The notes under the pieces: model-generated
The model's input: only the letters and a program-made list of their open reading frames with translations
What the model was told of the DNA's origin: nothing
The model's database searches: none
Part shown: positions 39,072 through 50,302 of the stretch, one piece after another
Numbering within the stretch: position 1 is the stretch's first letter
Layout of the letters: each line of letters begins with the position of its first letter
DNA from: Eutreptiella sp. 'Long Island Sound 2002'
Taxonomy: Eukaryota > Protista > Euglenida
Assembly (NCBI GenBank): GCA_964036045.1
Contig: OZ038378.1
Location: 176,514,001-176,578,000, forward strand
Length of the DNA stretch: 64,000 bases
Direction: 5' to 3'
Made by a program: the position numbers and the translations under genes

Positions 39072-39113
39072 TCACTTCTTCACAATCAGTGGGCCAACAT
39101 TGTCCCCAGTAAG
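39072..39113 (-). CDS. CISD: CDGSH iron-sulfur (NEET/CISD1/2-like) protein, exon 4 (last)
   Basis: Acceptor TTTCCAG, then LTGDNVGPLIVKK*, which completes the canonical NEET C-terminus HNELTGDNVGPL. Confidence 0.92.
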   Translation of the reverse strand, partial: LTGDNVGPLIVKK

Positions 39114-39451
39114 CTGGAAAGCGCAGAGTGATGGACACTTTGCAGGTTGGGCTGGGCACCATGAGGGAGGGGCATGATTCCATCCCACCCAACCTTGTGA
39201 AATGTATGGCAGCAGTAATGTTGTTTGGTGCCCGGTGGTAGCCCCCTTGAGCCCCGGTGGTAGACGCCAGATCACCAGGTTGTGCAAATCAGTCATGTAT
39301 TGCCAGTCACTTTTTCCTTTGACGCTGCCTGTGCCATCGGTCATGTGGTCCCTGGCAGTTTTGTACTCAGGCTCAAGGTCCATGGCAGGGGGGGGGATTG
39401 CGGTCGGGGGGGGGGGGGGGTCAAAACCAATTGCGAAAAATTGCGGGGAAA

Positions 39452-40888
39452 TCACCTCGCAGAGGTTGTTAGATCAAAGCCAGGCAGGCGTATATATGGG
39501 GAAAACGCCACATACCCCCCCGTTTTGGCCTTTTTGGGCCTATTCGCGTACCCTACCCCAAGGGGTTGAATTGTTAGTTTAACCCCTTGTAAAATCATTA
39601 TTTTGTCCAATAAATGCATCCCCCAATGAGTTTTTGGTCCAGACCCCCCCAGACCCCCCCCACTTGAAACCCACTTTTTTCAGGTATTGAGGGAGGGGTG
39701 GGGGTGGGGGGGGGGGGTCAAAAAATGACCCCCCATTTTTTTGGGTCGAAAATCATGAATCTTTTGGTTTTTTTCGATTTTGAGCCGAAAAAGTGTTGCC
39801 GGGTCCCGACTCCATAGGGTTTGTGTGTGGGCGGAGTGGGACGAGCGCTTATGCAGTTTATGCACTTTTCAGCCATTTTTGCTATGTTGGCGGTTTTGGC
39901 GACCTCGGTGACCCCGTGGTACCCACTCTGAGGGGTGCAAGTGGGGATGTTGTGACAATATATGCCTACTAGGATACGGAAGAACGTTTTTTGCAGCCTC
40001 TAGCCTTGCCTGGGGCCGTTCACAACCCGTGCCAAAGAGGCGAAATGACTGTTTCCACCAATAATGGCCTAGTGAATGGGCCAGTACACAACCTGCTTAT
40101 GCAGTTTTTCACCCTGGACAGCTCAAAAATCGAAGTTTTCGAAACTTGTTTTTTTGATGTTGTGACCACCCAAAATGACCATCCAAGGTATGTAAAACAT
40201 GCTTTAGGCTGTATATGCGTGTTTTTCATCCTATTTGGGTATGAGATCCGGGGGGGGGGGGTCTCCCAAGGGATTGGTACACAACCTGCTTATGCAGTTT
40301 TTCACCCCGGGCAGCTCAAAAATCGAAGTTTTCGAAACTTGTTTTTTTGATATTGTGACCACCTAAAATGACCATCCAAGGTATGTAAAGCATGTTCTAG
40401 GCCGTATTTACATGTTTTTCACCCTATTTGGGTATTAGGTCCGGGGGGGAGGGGGGGGGGGGGCTCCCAAGGGATTGGTACACAACCTGCTTATGCAGTT
40501 TTTCACCCCGGGCAGCTCAAAAATCGAAGTTTTCGAAACTTGTTTTTTTGATATTGTCACCACTTAAAATGACCATCCAAGGTATGTAAAGCATGTTTTA
40601 GGCCGTATTTACATGTTTTTCACCCTATTTGGGTATTGGCCGCACGGGGGGGGGGGGGGGGTCTCCCAAGGGATTGGTACACAACCTGCTTATGCAGTTT
40701 TTCACCCTGGGCAGCTCAAAAATCGAAGTTTTCGAAACTTGTTTTTTTGATATCGTCACCACTTAAAATGACCATCCAAGGTATGTAAAGCATGTTTTAG
40801 GCCGTATTTATGTAGTTTTTACCCTATTTAGGGTGTGTGTGGCTTGGGGTAGAATCTCTGCGAGGTGGACTTGCCGAAGGCAATAGAA
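39452..40888 (+). mobile_element. Helentron/Helitron2-like non-autonomous element, copy 1
   Basis: The 5' CACCTCGCAGAG is inverted at the subterminal CTCTGCGAGGTG (40856-40867), followed by the hairpin TTGCC-GAA-GGCAA. There is no TSD. It carries about 4 internal tandem units of about 200 bp. Confidence 0.7.
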
Positions 40889-41047
40889 TTGCGGGAAAAT
40901 TGCCGAAAATTGCGGGAAAATCGCGGAAAATTGCGGAAAAATTGTGACACTGTAAGCAACCCTCCGTAACCCTCAAGGTGCAACAGTTCTGGACAGGTGG
41001 CTCGGATTTTTCCTTTCAGTCATACAAAAGGTCCATGGGCAGCACAA

Positions 41048-41470
41048 TTACAGTTCGTTGGTCCTAGCAACATGTAGCAATGTTGGCTGTGCCAAGGTGC
41101 TAACACGTAACACAACTTGGGTTGGGGTTTCCTCAGCTCGTTCTGCGCGTTTTTGCTCGCAAAGCTTCCACATCTTGCATGCTTGCTGGTGCCCCTTGCT
41201 GTCAACGTGCGACTGCACAAATGTTTTCTGTTGATGAGAAACAGGTTTCCCACAAGAGGTACAGAACAAGTACTCCTCGTTTTTGTCGGAAACTTAAACC
41301 TCAAATGGCTCATCGGGGAACTGTTCCTTCCTTTGCCACGGGGACATGCTGCAGTACCTTGCCCCTGCACCCCCACGACCAGCCCCACTTTTCCTCTTCA
41401 AGGGACCAGACGCAACAACCTCCTCGGACTCTGCCTCAAGGGGGAGTGTCTCAGATGGTGATGCCATATT
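41048..41470 (-). pseudogene. CGGBP1-like/BED-type zinc-finger N-terminus of a hAT transposase
   Basis: SPWQRKEQFPDEPFEV*VSDKNEEYLFCTSCGKPVSHQQKTFVQSHVDSKGH resembles the CGGBP1 sequence LFCTSC..H..K....HL.SK.H. There is one in-frame TAA at 41294-41296. Confidence 0.7.
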
Positions 41471-41660
41471 GCTGGTGGCAAAAAAAAGGACGAACAGAGT
41501 GTGGCACACCAGCAAATGGCAGTTGTCAGACACACGTTGCAGCATGGCCCTGTGGCACAGGAAGGAACCGTTCAGTCATCTTAATTCAAGTGTGGCAGCA
41601 GTGACAGCAAGGGTCACCTGCAAGCAAGCAAGAAGGGCAAAGCAGAAAAATTGCGGAAAA

Positions 41661-43473
41661 TCACCTCGCAGAGGTTGTTAGATCAAAGCCAGGCAGGCGT
41701 ATATAGGGGAAAACGCCACATACCCCCCTTTTTGGGCCTATTCGCGTACCCTACCCCAAGGGGTTGAATTGTTAGTTTAACCCCTTGTAAAATCATTATT
41801 TTGTCCAATAAACGCATCCCCCAATGAGTTTTTGGTCCGGACCCCAGACCCCCCCCACTTGAAACCCACTTTTTAGGGGGGGGTGGGGGTGGGGGTGGGG
41901 GGGTGGGGTGGGGGGTCAAAAATGTCGAAAAAATGACCCCCCCTTTTTTTGGGTCGAAAATCATGAATCTTTTGGTTTTTTTCGATTTTGAGCCGAAAAA
42001 GTGTTGCCGGGTCCCGACTCCATAGGGTTTGTATGGGGCGGAGTGGGACGAGCGCTTACGCAGTTTATGCACTTTCCAGCCATTTTTGCTATGTTGGCGG
42101 TTTTGGCAACCTCGGTGAACCCGTGGTACCCACCCTGAGGGGTGCGAGTGGGGATGTTGTGACAGTATATGCCTACTAGGATACGAAAGGACGTTTTTTG
42201 CAGTCTGTAGCCTTGCTTATGGCCGTTCACAACCCGTGCCAAAGACGCGAAATGACTGTTTCCACCAATAATGGCCTAGTGAATGGGGAGGTACACAACC
42301 TGCTTATGCAGTTTTTCACCCTAGGCAGCTCAAAATTCGAAGCTTGTTTTTTTGATATTGTGACCACCCAAAATGACCATCCAAGCTATGCAAAGCATGT
42401 TTTAGGCCGTATTTACGTGTTTTTCACCCTATTTGGGTATCAGGTCGGGGGGGGGGTTGTCTCCCAAGGGACGGGTGCACAACCTGCTTATGCAGTTTTT
42501 CAACCCGGACAGCTCAAAAATCGAAGTTTTCGAAATCTGTTTCTTGATATTGTGACCACCCAAAATGACCACCCAAGGTATGTAAAGCATGTTCTAGGCC
42601 GTATTTACGTGTTTTTCACCCTATTTGGGTATCAGGTCGGGGGGGGGGGGGTGTCTCCCAAGGGACGGGTGCACAACCTGCTTATGCAGTTTTTCAACCC
42701 GGACAGCTCAAAAATCGAAGTTTTCAAAACTTGTTTTTTTGATATTGTGACCACCCAAAATGACCACCCAAGGTATGTAAAGCATGTTTTAGGCCACATT
42801 TACCTGTTTTTCACCCTATTTGGGAATCAGGTCCGGGGGGGGGGGGGGGGGGGCTCCTAGGGGATTGGTACACAACCTGCTTATGCAGTTTTTCACCCCG
42901 GACAGCTCAAAAATCGAAGTTTTTGAAACTTGTTTTTGTGATATTGTGATCACCTAAAATGACCATCCAAGGTATGTAAAACATGTTTTAGGCCGTATTT
43001 ACGTGTTTTTCACCCCATTTGGGTATTAGATCCAGGGGGGGGGGTCTCCCAAGGGATTGGTACACAACCTGCTTATGCAGTTTGTCACCGTGGACAGCTG
43101 AAAAATCGAAGTTTTCGAAACTTGTTTTTTTGATACCGTGATCACCTAAAAGGATCATCCAAGGTATGTAAAGCATATTTTAGGCCGTATGTACATCTTT
43201 TTCACCCTATTTGGGTATTAGGTCCCCGGGGGTGGGGGGGGGGGGGTCTCCCAAGGGATTGGTACACAACTTGCTAGTGCAGTTTTTCACCCTGGGCAGC
43301 TCAAAAATCGAAGTTTTCGAAACTTGTTTTTTTGATACCGTGATCACCTAAAATGATCATCCAAGGTATGTAAAGCATGTTTTAGCCGGTATTTATGTAG
43401 TTTCCACCCTATTTTGGGTGTGTGTTGCTCGCGGTAGATTCTCTGCGAGGTGGACTTGCCGAAGGCAATAGAA
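41661..43473 (+). mobile_element. Helentron/Helitron2-like non-autonomous element, copy 2
   Basis: Same ends as copy 1 (subterminal IR at 43441-43452, hairpin at 43456-43468), same orientation, about 6 tandem units of about 195 bp. Confidence 0.7.
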
Positions 43474-43972
43474 TTGCGATAAAGTACAGAAAATTGCGGA
43501 AAAGTGTGGACCTCAATTCCCACCCTCCCTGTCCATGGGCCCTGGAGCGTGAGGGAGAGGGGGGGAGGGGCATTACATAGCAGCAAGCCTGTTTCCCCAG
43601 GACCATTCCCTGTGCACGTCTTTACAACAACCTTCTTGTGGTCCTGAAACCGGGGGAACCTAGTGCTCCATTGCTCAGGGAGGCTTGGGGTTCGGCTCCC
43701 AGCTGGACCCATGGCCCAAAGTAGGCTGCTGTTGCCGTCCTCTGGTCGGACGGCAACAGCAATGGGACCCAAGAGGCAGCTGGGGGAAGGGTCGATGGTA
43801 AGGATGGGCAACAGGATTTTCAGTCAAGCAAGCCAGAACCTCATCCCACAATCCAGCGAGAGAGAGGAAGTGAAGGTGGTGTGGGGAAGCAGAGGGAGGA
43901 GGAAGAGGGTTTCCAGCGAGGGCGCCCCTGCGCCACCAACACAACACGTGTGCTTGAATCAGCATGACGCAC

Positions 43973-44041
43973 CTCATTGTGCTTCGTGTGGCTCCCATCA
44001 CAATACGGGAATTTGGCAGATCTCCAGCACCTACACATCAC
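43973..44041 (-). CDS. CISD: CISD exon 3 (CDGSH [2Fe-2S] motif)
   Basis: [23 protein letters not shown], with acceptor TTGCAG and donor GTGCGT, phase 0. Confidence 0.95.
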
Positions 44042-45761
44042 CTGCAACCAAAATCACGGGGAGAAGCAGCATTCAAGAAGGCAGTTTGGCAGGCAAAAAG
44101 CACACGTGAGAAGTGACATGATCGCATGCTGCGGCGGTTCTACAATCCGAAACTCGGGGACGGCAGGGCGGGAGGTTGGCTTTCAAGACACACTGGGACA
44201 CAATACTGGCCGTGGACTTGAAAGTTAATGAAAGCGGGACCTCCAGACCTTCAGGGGCCCACACAAGATGTCATGCGCACGTTGCACACCCACATTACAT
44301 GATAAAACCGATAGAGCACGGAACAATTTACGAAACATAGGAGCAAAATTCAATTGACGAGACACAATTCTAGACATCTTCGATATGCAAATCTACATCT
44401 AATAGCATGCAAAGCACTCAGGTTCCCTAATTTACACCGAATTTATAAAAATTTACAGAAATTTACGCCACTTTTCGCGCGATTTATCAAAATGTACGTA
44501 ATTTTTGGCATAAATTGCCTTTGCCCCCCCCCCCCCCCCCATTATTAGCCGGCTTGAGATAGTGCCCGGGGGGGGGGGGGGGGAGGCACCTAAAATTGCC
44601 CAACACAAGCTAACGGGTCACATGCTCTATCACAGGAGCCTAAACCCCGCAGGTCAGCTAAAGCCAACATGCACCCTGAATTTTTGCTGGCAGGGACTGT
44701 AAGCAATCAGAGCCTCAGCGCCTGTGTCCCAGGGAGCCGCCCCCCGCAAGCTTGTGCCATCCATCCATCCATCCATCCATCGGTCCATCCATCCTACCCA
44801 CCGCCCCACCCCAACACCACAAATGCGTGACAGTGAACTGATGGGCTGGAGGTCGATGTCCGCTGGCCTTGCGGCTTGTTTGACTCCCAGGGGCACCGGA
44901 GCTCTGCCCCTTTCCCACCCCTTTCCCGTCCCGTTGCTGGTACCCCGTCAGCGTAGGGGAGTCCAGTGGTGTGTTGTCTGTTTGGTTTGGGACACCGCCC
45001 TGCTAGGACACCCGCCTTCCAAAGCGATGGACACCCCCGTGCAACGGTGTCTTTTTCATCCACTCTCCCCTTCGTCATTGTGCACTGTCAGCGATGGATG
45101 GATGGCTCATGCCCCGCGGCAGCGGCAGGCGTGGGCGCTGCGACAGGCACGTCCCATGTTGCAGGTCGACGATGACGCTAGCAATGGGGACCTCCAGGGG
45201 CGACGGGAACCCCGAGCACCACCGCCCCCATCAAGTGGAGGTGTGCAGGCCTCTGCAGCCCACGTTCATGGCACTGCCAAGATGGGGGCTCTCCAAACCC
45301 CTTGCTTCTCATTACCGCCCTTGAAAGAATGCCCATTAGTGTAATTGCCAGGACAACCCTGTTGGCCCAGCGAAGGCAACAGGCCTCTACATGCGGCACT
45401 CTCCCCGTCTCTGACCACTGAAAGAATCCCCCTACCTCCCCCCTGGGTGATTGTTCACTTCCCGCAGTGATGGGCAATGTTCACTGACGGCGGGTAGGGG
45501 TATGCACACCGCGGATACAAGGGTGCGCTTGCGAGTTGGCTGGAAACAATCTCAACCAGATCAACAACAACTAGCTACACTGAGCCCCTGCTTTGAAAGA
45601 TGGCACTTGTCCCCACTGGAGATCAAAGAATCAGAACAATCTGGAAGCAAAAGACATGCTTCTCAAAATTGAGAAGATTCGTGCGGATCAGATGCATGCA
45701 GTAGTTGCAGACCCTATTGTATTGCGCACCTTGTGCAACCTCTTAGTCCAGTCGAACATAC

Positions 45762-45881
45762 CTTTTTGTCAGCATCCTCAATATCCTGCATGCAAATAGT
45801 GTCCACCACTTTAGGCGAGTCTTTTTTGATGCTCAGGTTACACATCGGCTGACTTTCCTGTTTCTTGGAGACTGCGAACTT
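45762..45881 (-). CDS. CISD: CISD exon 2
   Basis: KFAVSKKQESQPMCNLSIKKDSPKVVDTICMQDIEDADKK (NEET N.xI.K..PKVV motif), with acceptor ATGCAG and donor GTATGT, phase 0. Confidence 0.93.
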
Positions 45882-46469
45882 CTGCATTGCAATGCACAAC
45901 ATGCTACAGGCGAACAAATTCCCCGGGGCTCCAACACGGGTTCAAGTTAGAAGAGACCGAACAAGAAACACCGAACAAGACTGATTCTGGGCATGTCCGA
46001 AATGCAGCTGCTGACCAGCAGGCTCCCTGCCCCCCCTAGGCCGTAAACCACTTCGGTGCGGTTGACGAACCTCTTTTGGTACATGATGCACAACACAACA
46101 CATCAATTGAGCTGCAGGCCTGGGGCATAAAATAACACACACATTCCTCCTGAACAGTATTCACAGAATTGCCCACCAACCACATCCTCTCCACTGGCAC
46201 ACACAGTGTTCCGCAAAGCAGTGGTTGAAGTGGCAAAAGAAGGGGGGAGCACGGGAATGCTGGCCAGTCACGTCACCGGGAAGTGACGCCATGGTGGTTT
46301 GATGCAGCGGGTAGCTCTCCATCCAACTCACCTTCACTGGAGCTGTACTATCCCATACTATCCTACTCCTGTTGTGCTGCCTGCTGATATCGCAGGGGTC
46401 TGAATCTTGCAGCTAACCCTCCTCCCTTGTCCCAATATGGGCCAGGTTCTGGTTCAGGGGGCAAAAGTG

Positions 46470-46800
46470 CGGAAGCACGGGGTCACCATGTTTGGAAAAG
46501 CCCGTGTTACTGTGTGGCACGCACCACGGAACACATGTTGCAAACATAAGCCAACCCTACCCCTCAAAACATGAAAATAAAAAGCAACAGGCCAGCATGC
46601 ACCCCAGACCTCAAGAGCACATGGAATTACAGCTAAACACCAACACTTTGCCACCCATATTGATCCTTCCTGCAGCCTGCACAAAGCTACAAACCACATT
46701 CTCTATTGAATTGGAACTGCAAAAACGGTGGTTCCAACAAAGACCCAAATGTGTGGAAACACAGGGTTGCGGTGTGTGGACAAGCCGTGTTCGGCCATAA
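46470..46800. repeat. About 300-bp interspersed repeat; second copy at about 59515-59810 in the MAD1 intron
   Basis: Shared segments TGTTTGGA(A/C)AAG, CACCACG(G/A)AACAC, GTTGCA(A/G)ACATA and GGAAACAC(A/G)GGGTTGCGGTGT(G/T)TGGACAA. Confidence 0.7.
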
Positions 46801-47299
46801 ATTGACGATGGTTGTCACCCTCCAGAATCACTCTGGCATTCCAACAGTACTTCAAGTATCACACGGCGAAGCCGCAGCACACGCTGTTTGTGTAGTCCAG
46901 CAAGGCGCCTTTCAGGCGTCGTCACAAATTGTTCAGGCCGTCCAGCAAGGCGCGGTTATGCACCCTTTCCAGTTGGGTTTCAAGGTCAGATTGTGCCTTT
47001 AGGCCACGTCAGGATTACTCTTGATTGTCCTCCTGCCCTTCCGACGACGGGAGTTGCTGATGTCTGTACTGCAATCGGTGTCCCACACTGCCGATGTACA
47101 CAGCTCCTGCGCCCTCCCCCGTGCTCTATCTATTACTGACATCTGTGGGGAACCCATCACTGACCCATTCTGCCGAGGACGACAATGCCATGTCCCCCTC
47201 CTCTGACGACCCCGCCCCGGATTCATCCCCTGAGTCCAGCTCGGACACCTGCTTGGACTCCGCCATCGGCCCCAACCCCAGGCTGTCTCACTCTGTCAC

Positions 47300-47640
47300 C
47301 CGTCGCCTCTGAGACAGCGGGAGCATATTATTTGGACGCAGACCCCTCCCCAAAGAGGGCAGGGCGTCCGCCTCTTCATTTCCATAAACATTCAGGTGCA
47401 ACGGTACCCATTGCATCTGCGCATCCCCAGCCCCCGTCTCGCAGAACCGCAGGATGGCTTCCCACAAGCCATTATGCCCCACCTCCCCTGTTGAACGCCG
47501 CCACCAATGGCGGCGCCACTTGACCGACCATTCCATCACCCCTTTGTATACATACACTGAGTCCAACACCACCAACAATTTCTCGGTGGAGCGCCACTGT
47601 GAGCGTGCAGGAGAGCGTGCAGGACCCCCTGCAACCCCCC
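47300..47640 (-). mobile_element. Retroelement RNase H remnant
   Basis: GVLHALLH (frameshifted), LDSVYVYKGVMEWSVKWRRHWWR, LWEAIL and WVPLHLNVYGNEEADAL follow the RNase HI motif order. Confidence 0.8.
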
Positions 47641-48206
47641 ACGACTGAGAGGGAGTACTCGCACCGTGCGTGCACTGTGCGCGCACCGTGCCAGGTATTT
47701 GAACAACTTCCCCAGAAGATGGTCTACCGGGAGAGGGGTTGTAGATGGTACCTGGTAGGCTCTGAAGCGTTACCATTCCCCCTGGTTGGCTCTGAATGGT
47801 TGCTGTTATTTCTTGGTGGGCATTGGATGGTCACTGGTATTTCGTGATGGGCTCCGGATAGCTGTTGTTATTTCTTGGTGGATCCTAGATGGTTGCTGGT
47901 GGCTGCAACTGGGGCGCTAGTAGAACGGGTGTATGTGACAGTGACACCACTGGGAAGCCTTGAAAGAGACATTGCTATGTGGGAAAACAAACAAAAGGAT
48001 GTGGGCAGACAATTTATGGCCTTTTGCCCTAACAACGGCATGCAGTACCCTCTAAATTGGAGGAAGTGGTTCCGAAAAAAACTCAAATACTTGCACCGTG
48101 CGTGCACCGTGCCTGGTACTCCCTCTAATACTCTGGCGCTCATGCGCTGGCACATGTGTATGAAAATTTCTGGGAGACCGGTCTCCCGAACCACACCCTA
48201 TAACCA

Positions 48207-48520
48207 GGGGCCAGGATTTCAATAAGGCCCCAGTGCGCTCATACACAGGGGCAAGGATTATAATGAGCCCCCACTGCGCTCACGCGCAGGGGCCAAGATT
48301 TCAATGAGGCCCCAGTGCGCTCATGCACAGAGGCTAGGCTTTCAATGGTGCCCCAGTGCGCTCATGCACAGGGGCCATGAGTTCACTGAGGCCCCACTGC
48401 GCTCATGCACAGGGGCCATGAGTTCACTAAGGCCCCAGTGCGCTCATGCACAAGAGCCAGGATTTCAATGAGGCCCCAGTGCGCTCATGCACAGGCGATA
48501 TGAGTTCAATGAGGCCCTAC
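48207..48520. repeat. 41-bp minisatellite, about 7.6 units
   Basis: Consensus GGGGCCAGGATTTCAATGAGGCCCCAGTGCGCTCATGCACA, head-to-tail with no spacers. Confidence 0.93.
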
Positions 48521-49175
48521 TTGCACTTGCACTTGCACTTGCACTTGCATCCCTGCTCTCACCCTTTTCGCCGATCCATCTGTGTAGACAGTTGTCCAGC
48601 CCTGAGACGACAGTTCCTCTAACTCTTTCATCAGTTCCTTCAACACCTTCTTATCCACCAGGGGCGGCTTGTAGGGCTTGTCAAGCCCGTGTTAGGGGGG
48701 TACCTTACGGCACACCCCATGCGGTGTTGCTGTCCCGATGGTTCCTGTTTGCCTGTACGCTTACACCAGTCACCAGTCGTACTGAAGATTTACTGGTTGT
48801 GTTGCGTCATGCACAGCCCTGCTAGTGTAGGATAGAAGTTCAACAAGTCCAGTTGCGCTGTCGCTGGTGTGCCCTGCCTTTGGTCCTTTCGGGTGTGTGC
48901 TGAACGCCCAGCTGGCGAGTGGAGGGTGCCTCTGGGTTGTGCATGGCCCACGTTTGGTGCAGTGCTCCCGTTGCTGATCATTGAAGGAGGTCAAACGAAG
49001 GTGAACGTTTCTTGCACCATAAAAAGTTTCCAATATAACGTGACAACTGTTCAGGTTTTCAGGATGGAGCATACTATTTTGTTGTGCGACCATCTCATTT
49101 TTGGGGTTGGGTACCTTCCATATCACGCGGCGACTACATTGTTTTAAGAACTTGAGGTGCGGTATCCGGCGGGGG

Positions 49176-49178
<3 letters not shown>

Positions 49179-49235
<57 letters not shown>

Positions 49236-49261
49236 GGTGGGTGGGTGGGTGGGTGGGTGGA

Positions 49262-49355
<94 letters not shown>
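49179..49355. repeat. Compound microsatellite (GT)n-(GGGT)n-(GCGT)n-(GT)n
   Basis: Directly visible. Further (GT)n tracts lie at about 49492-49517 and 49610-49655. Confidence 0.97.
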
Positions 49356-49356
<1 letters not shown>

Positions 49357-49486
49357 TCTGTACTTTTAGAGGTGGATCCTTGGATCCTTGTGCAGCGCTG
49401 GGCTGGACGCCTCATTTGGCTCAGGTCTGCTGAGGCCTCTTTGTGACGTTGTTTCCCTCCCTTCTGCGGAATCAGAACCTCTGCAG

Positions 49487-49517
<31 letters not shown>

Positions 49518-49609
49518 GACACCCAATTCTTTCAAATCATGCTCAACCTGCGAGGTTCAACAATGATGCGACCAAACCATGAGTTCTTGTGTTCTGTTGC
49601 CCTGTCGCC

Positions 49610-49659
<50 letters not shown>

Positions 49660-50221
49660 GCTGTGTCGGTGCTGCCCCCCAACCCCCCACACCCAAGTAG
49701 CGCGGACCCGGTCCCTTTGGCGCCCCTTAAGGGGAGGGGGGGGGGCACATCCATTTCAATTGAAGCAGAGCCATCATCAACTTGAACATCCATATGCTCA
49801 ACAGTATTGAACACAGTGACGACCGTCCCTCAACCAGTGACGACTTCCATCGACCGACCAACTCCCTGCGCCAGTGGATGGGCTCCGAGCCATGGTACGT
49901 CCGACACCGCCAACAACAATCGATGCAACAAGGTGGTGGAGAAGAGGACAAAGGTGAAGAACAAGAAGGAGAACAAGAAGCACTAAAAAGAGAAGAAGAA
50001 GAAGTAGAAGAAGGAAAGCCCGAAGAAGGAAAATCAGAAGAAGAAGAAGGAAACGGCCAACATCAGGACTGCCGGAGGCCATGAGGGCACGGTCCCGTGG
50101 GAATCCGGATCCCCACCCACAAGAATGTCAGCAAAACCTCAGGGAAAGCCTCAGGATCAGCATGTTCACAGCAAGAACCCGGGGAGGGGAGCGGATGCGG
50201 AGCATTTGCAGGGGCACATAC

Positions 50222-50302
50222 CCACATGAAAGGCACTGCAACCAGCGCTCCAATGATGCCGGCGACCATGACTGGGGACAGCTCTTCGGGGAAGGCAGAC
50301 AT
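50222..50302 (-). CDS. CISD: CISD exon 1 (N-terminal membrane anchor)
   Basis: MSAFPEELSPVMVAGIIGALVAVPFMW, with donor GTATGT. An upstream acceptor TTCCCCGCAG lies 18 nt before the ATG. The spliced product is 103 aa. Confidence 0.88.

Larger units (their letters stand above)
39386..43531. mobile_element. Composite non-autonomous hAT-like element in CISD intron 3
   Basis: Termini are CAGGGGGGGGGATTG and CAATTCCCACCCTCCCTG. The TSD is TCCATGG at 39379-39385 and 43532-43538 (GTCCATGG if the terminal G is shared). It has subterminal AAAATTGCGG arrays and an internal zinc-finger transposase fragment. Confidence 0.8.

Noticed and set aside
8628-41296. Stop-codon reassignment (in-frame TAA in the Ulp1-like and CGGBP1-like fragments; all five intact genes end in TGA)
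   Set aside because: About 3000 codons of intact genes contain no in-frame TAA or TAG. The stops in transposon fossils are explained by decay, and TGA preference fits the high GC content.
49782-50084. Glu-rich ORF in CISD intron 1
   Set aside because: Arises from a GAA-rich low-complexity tract, with no domain or credible splice structure.
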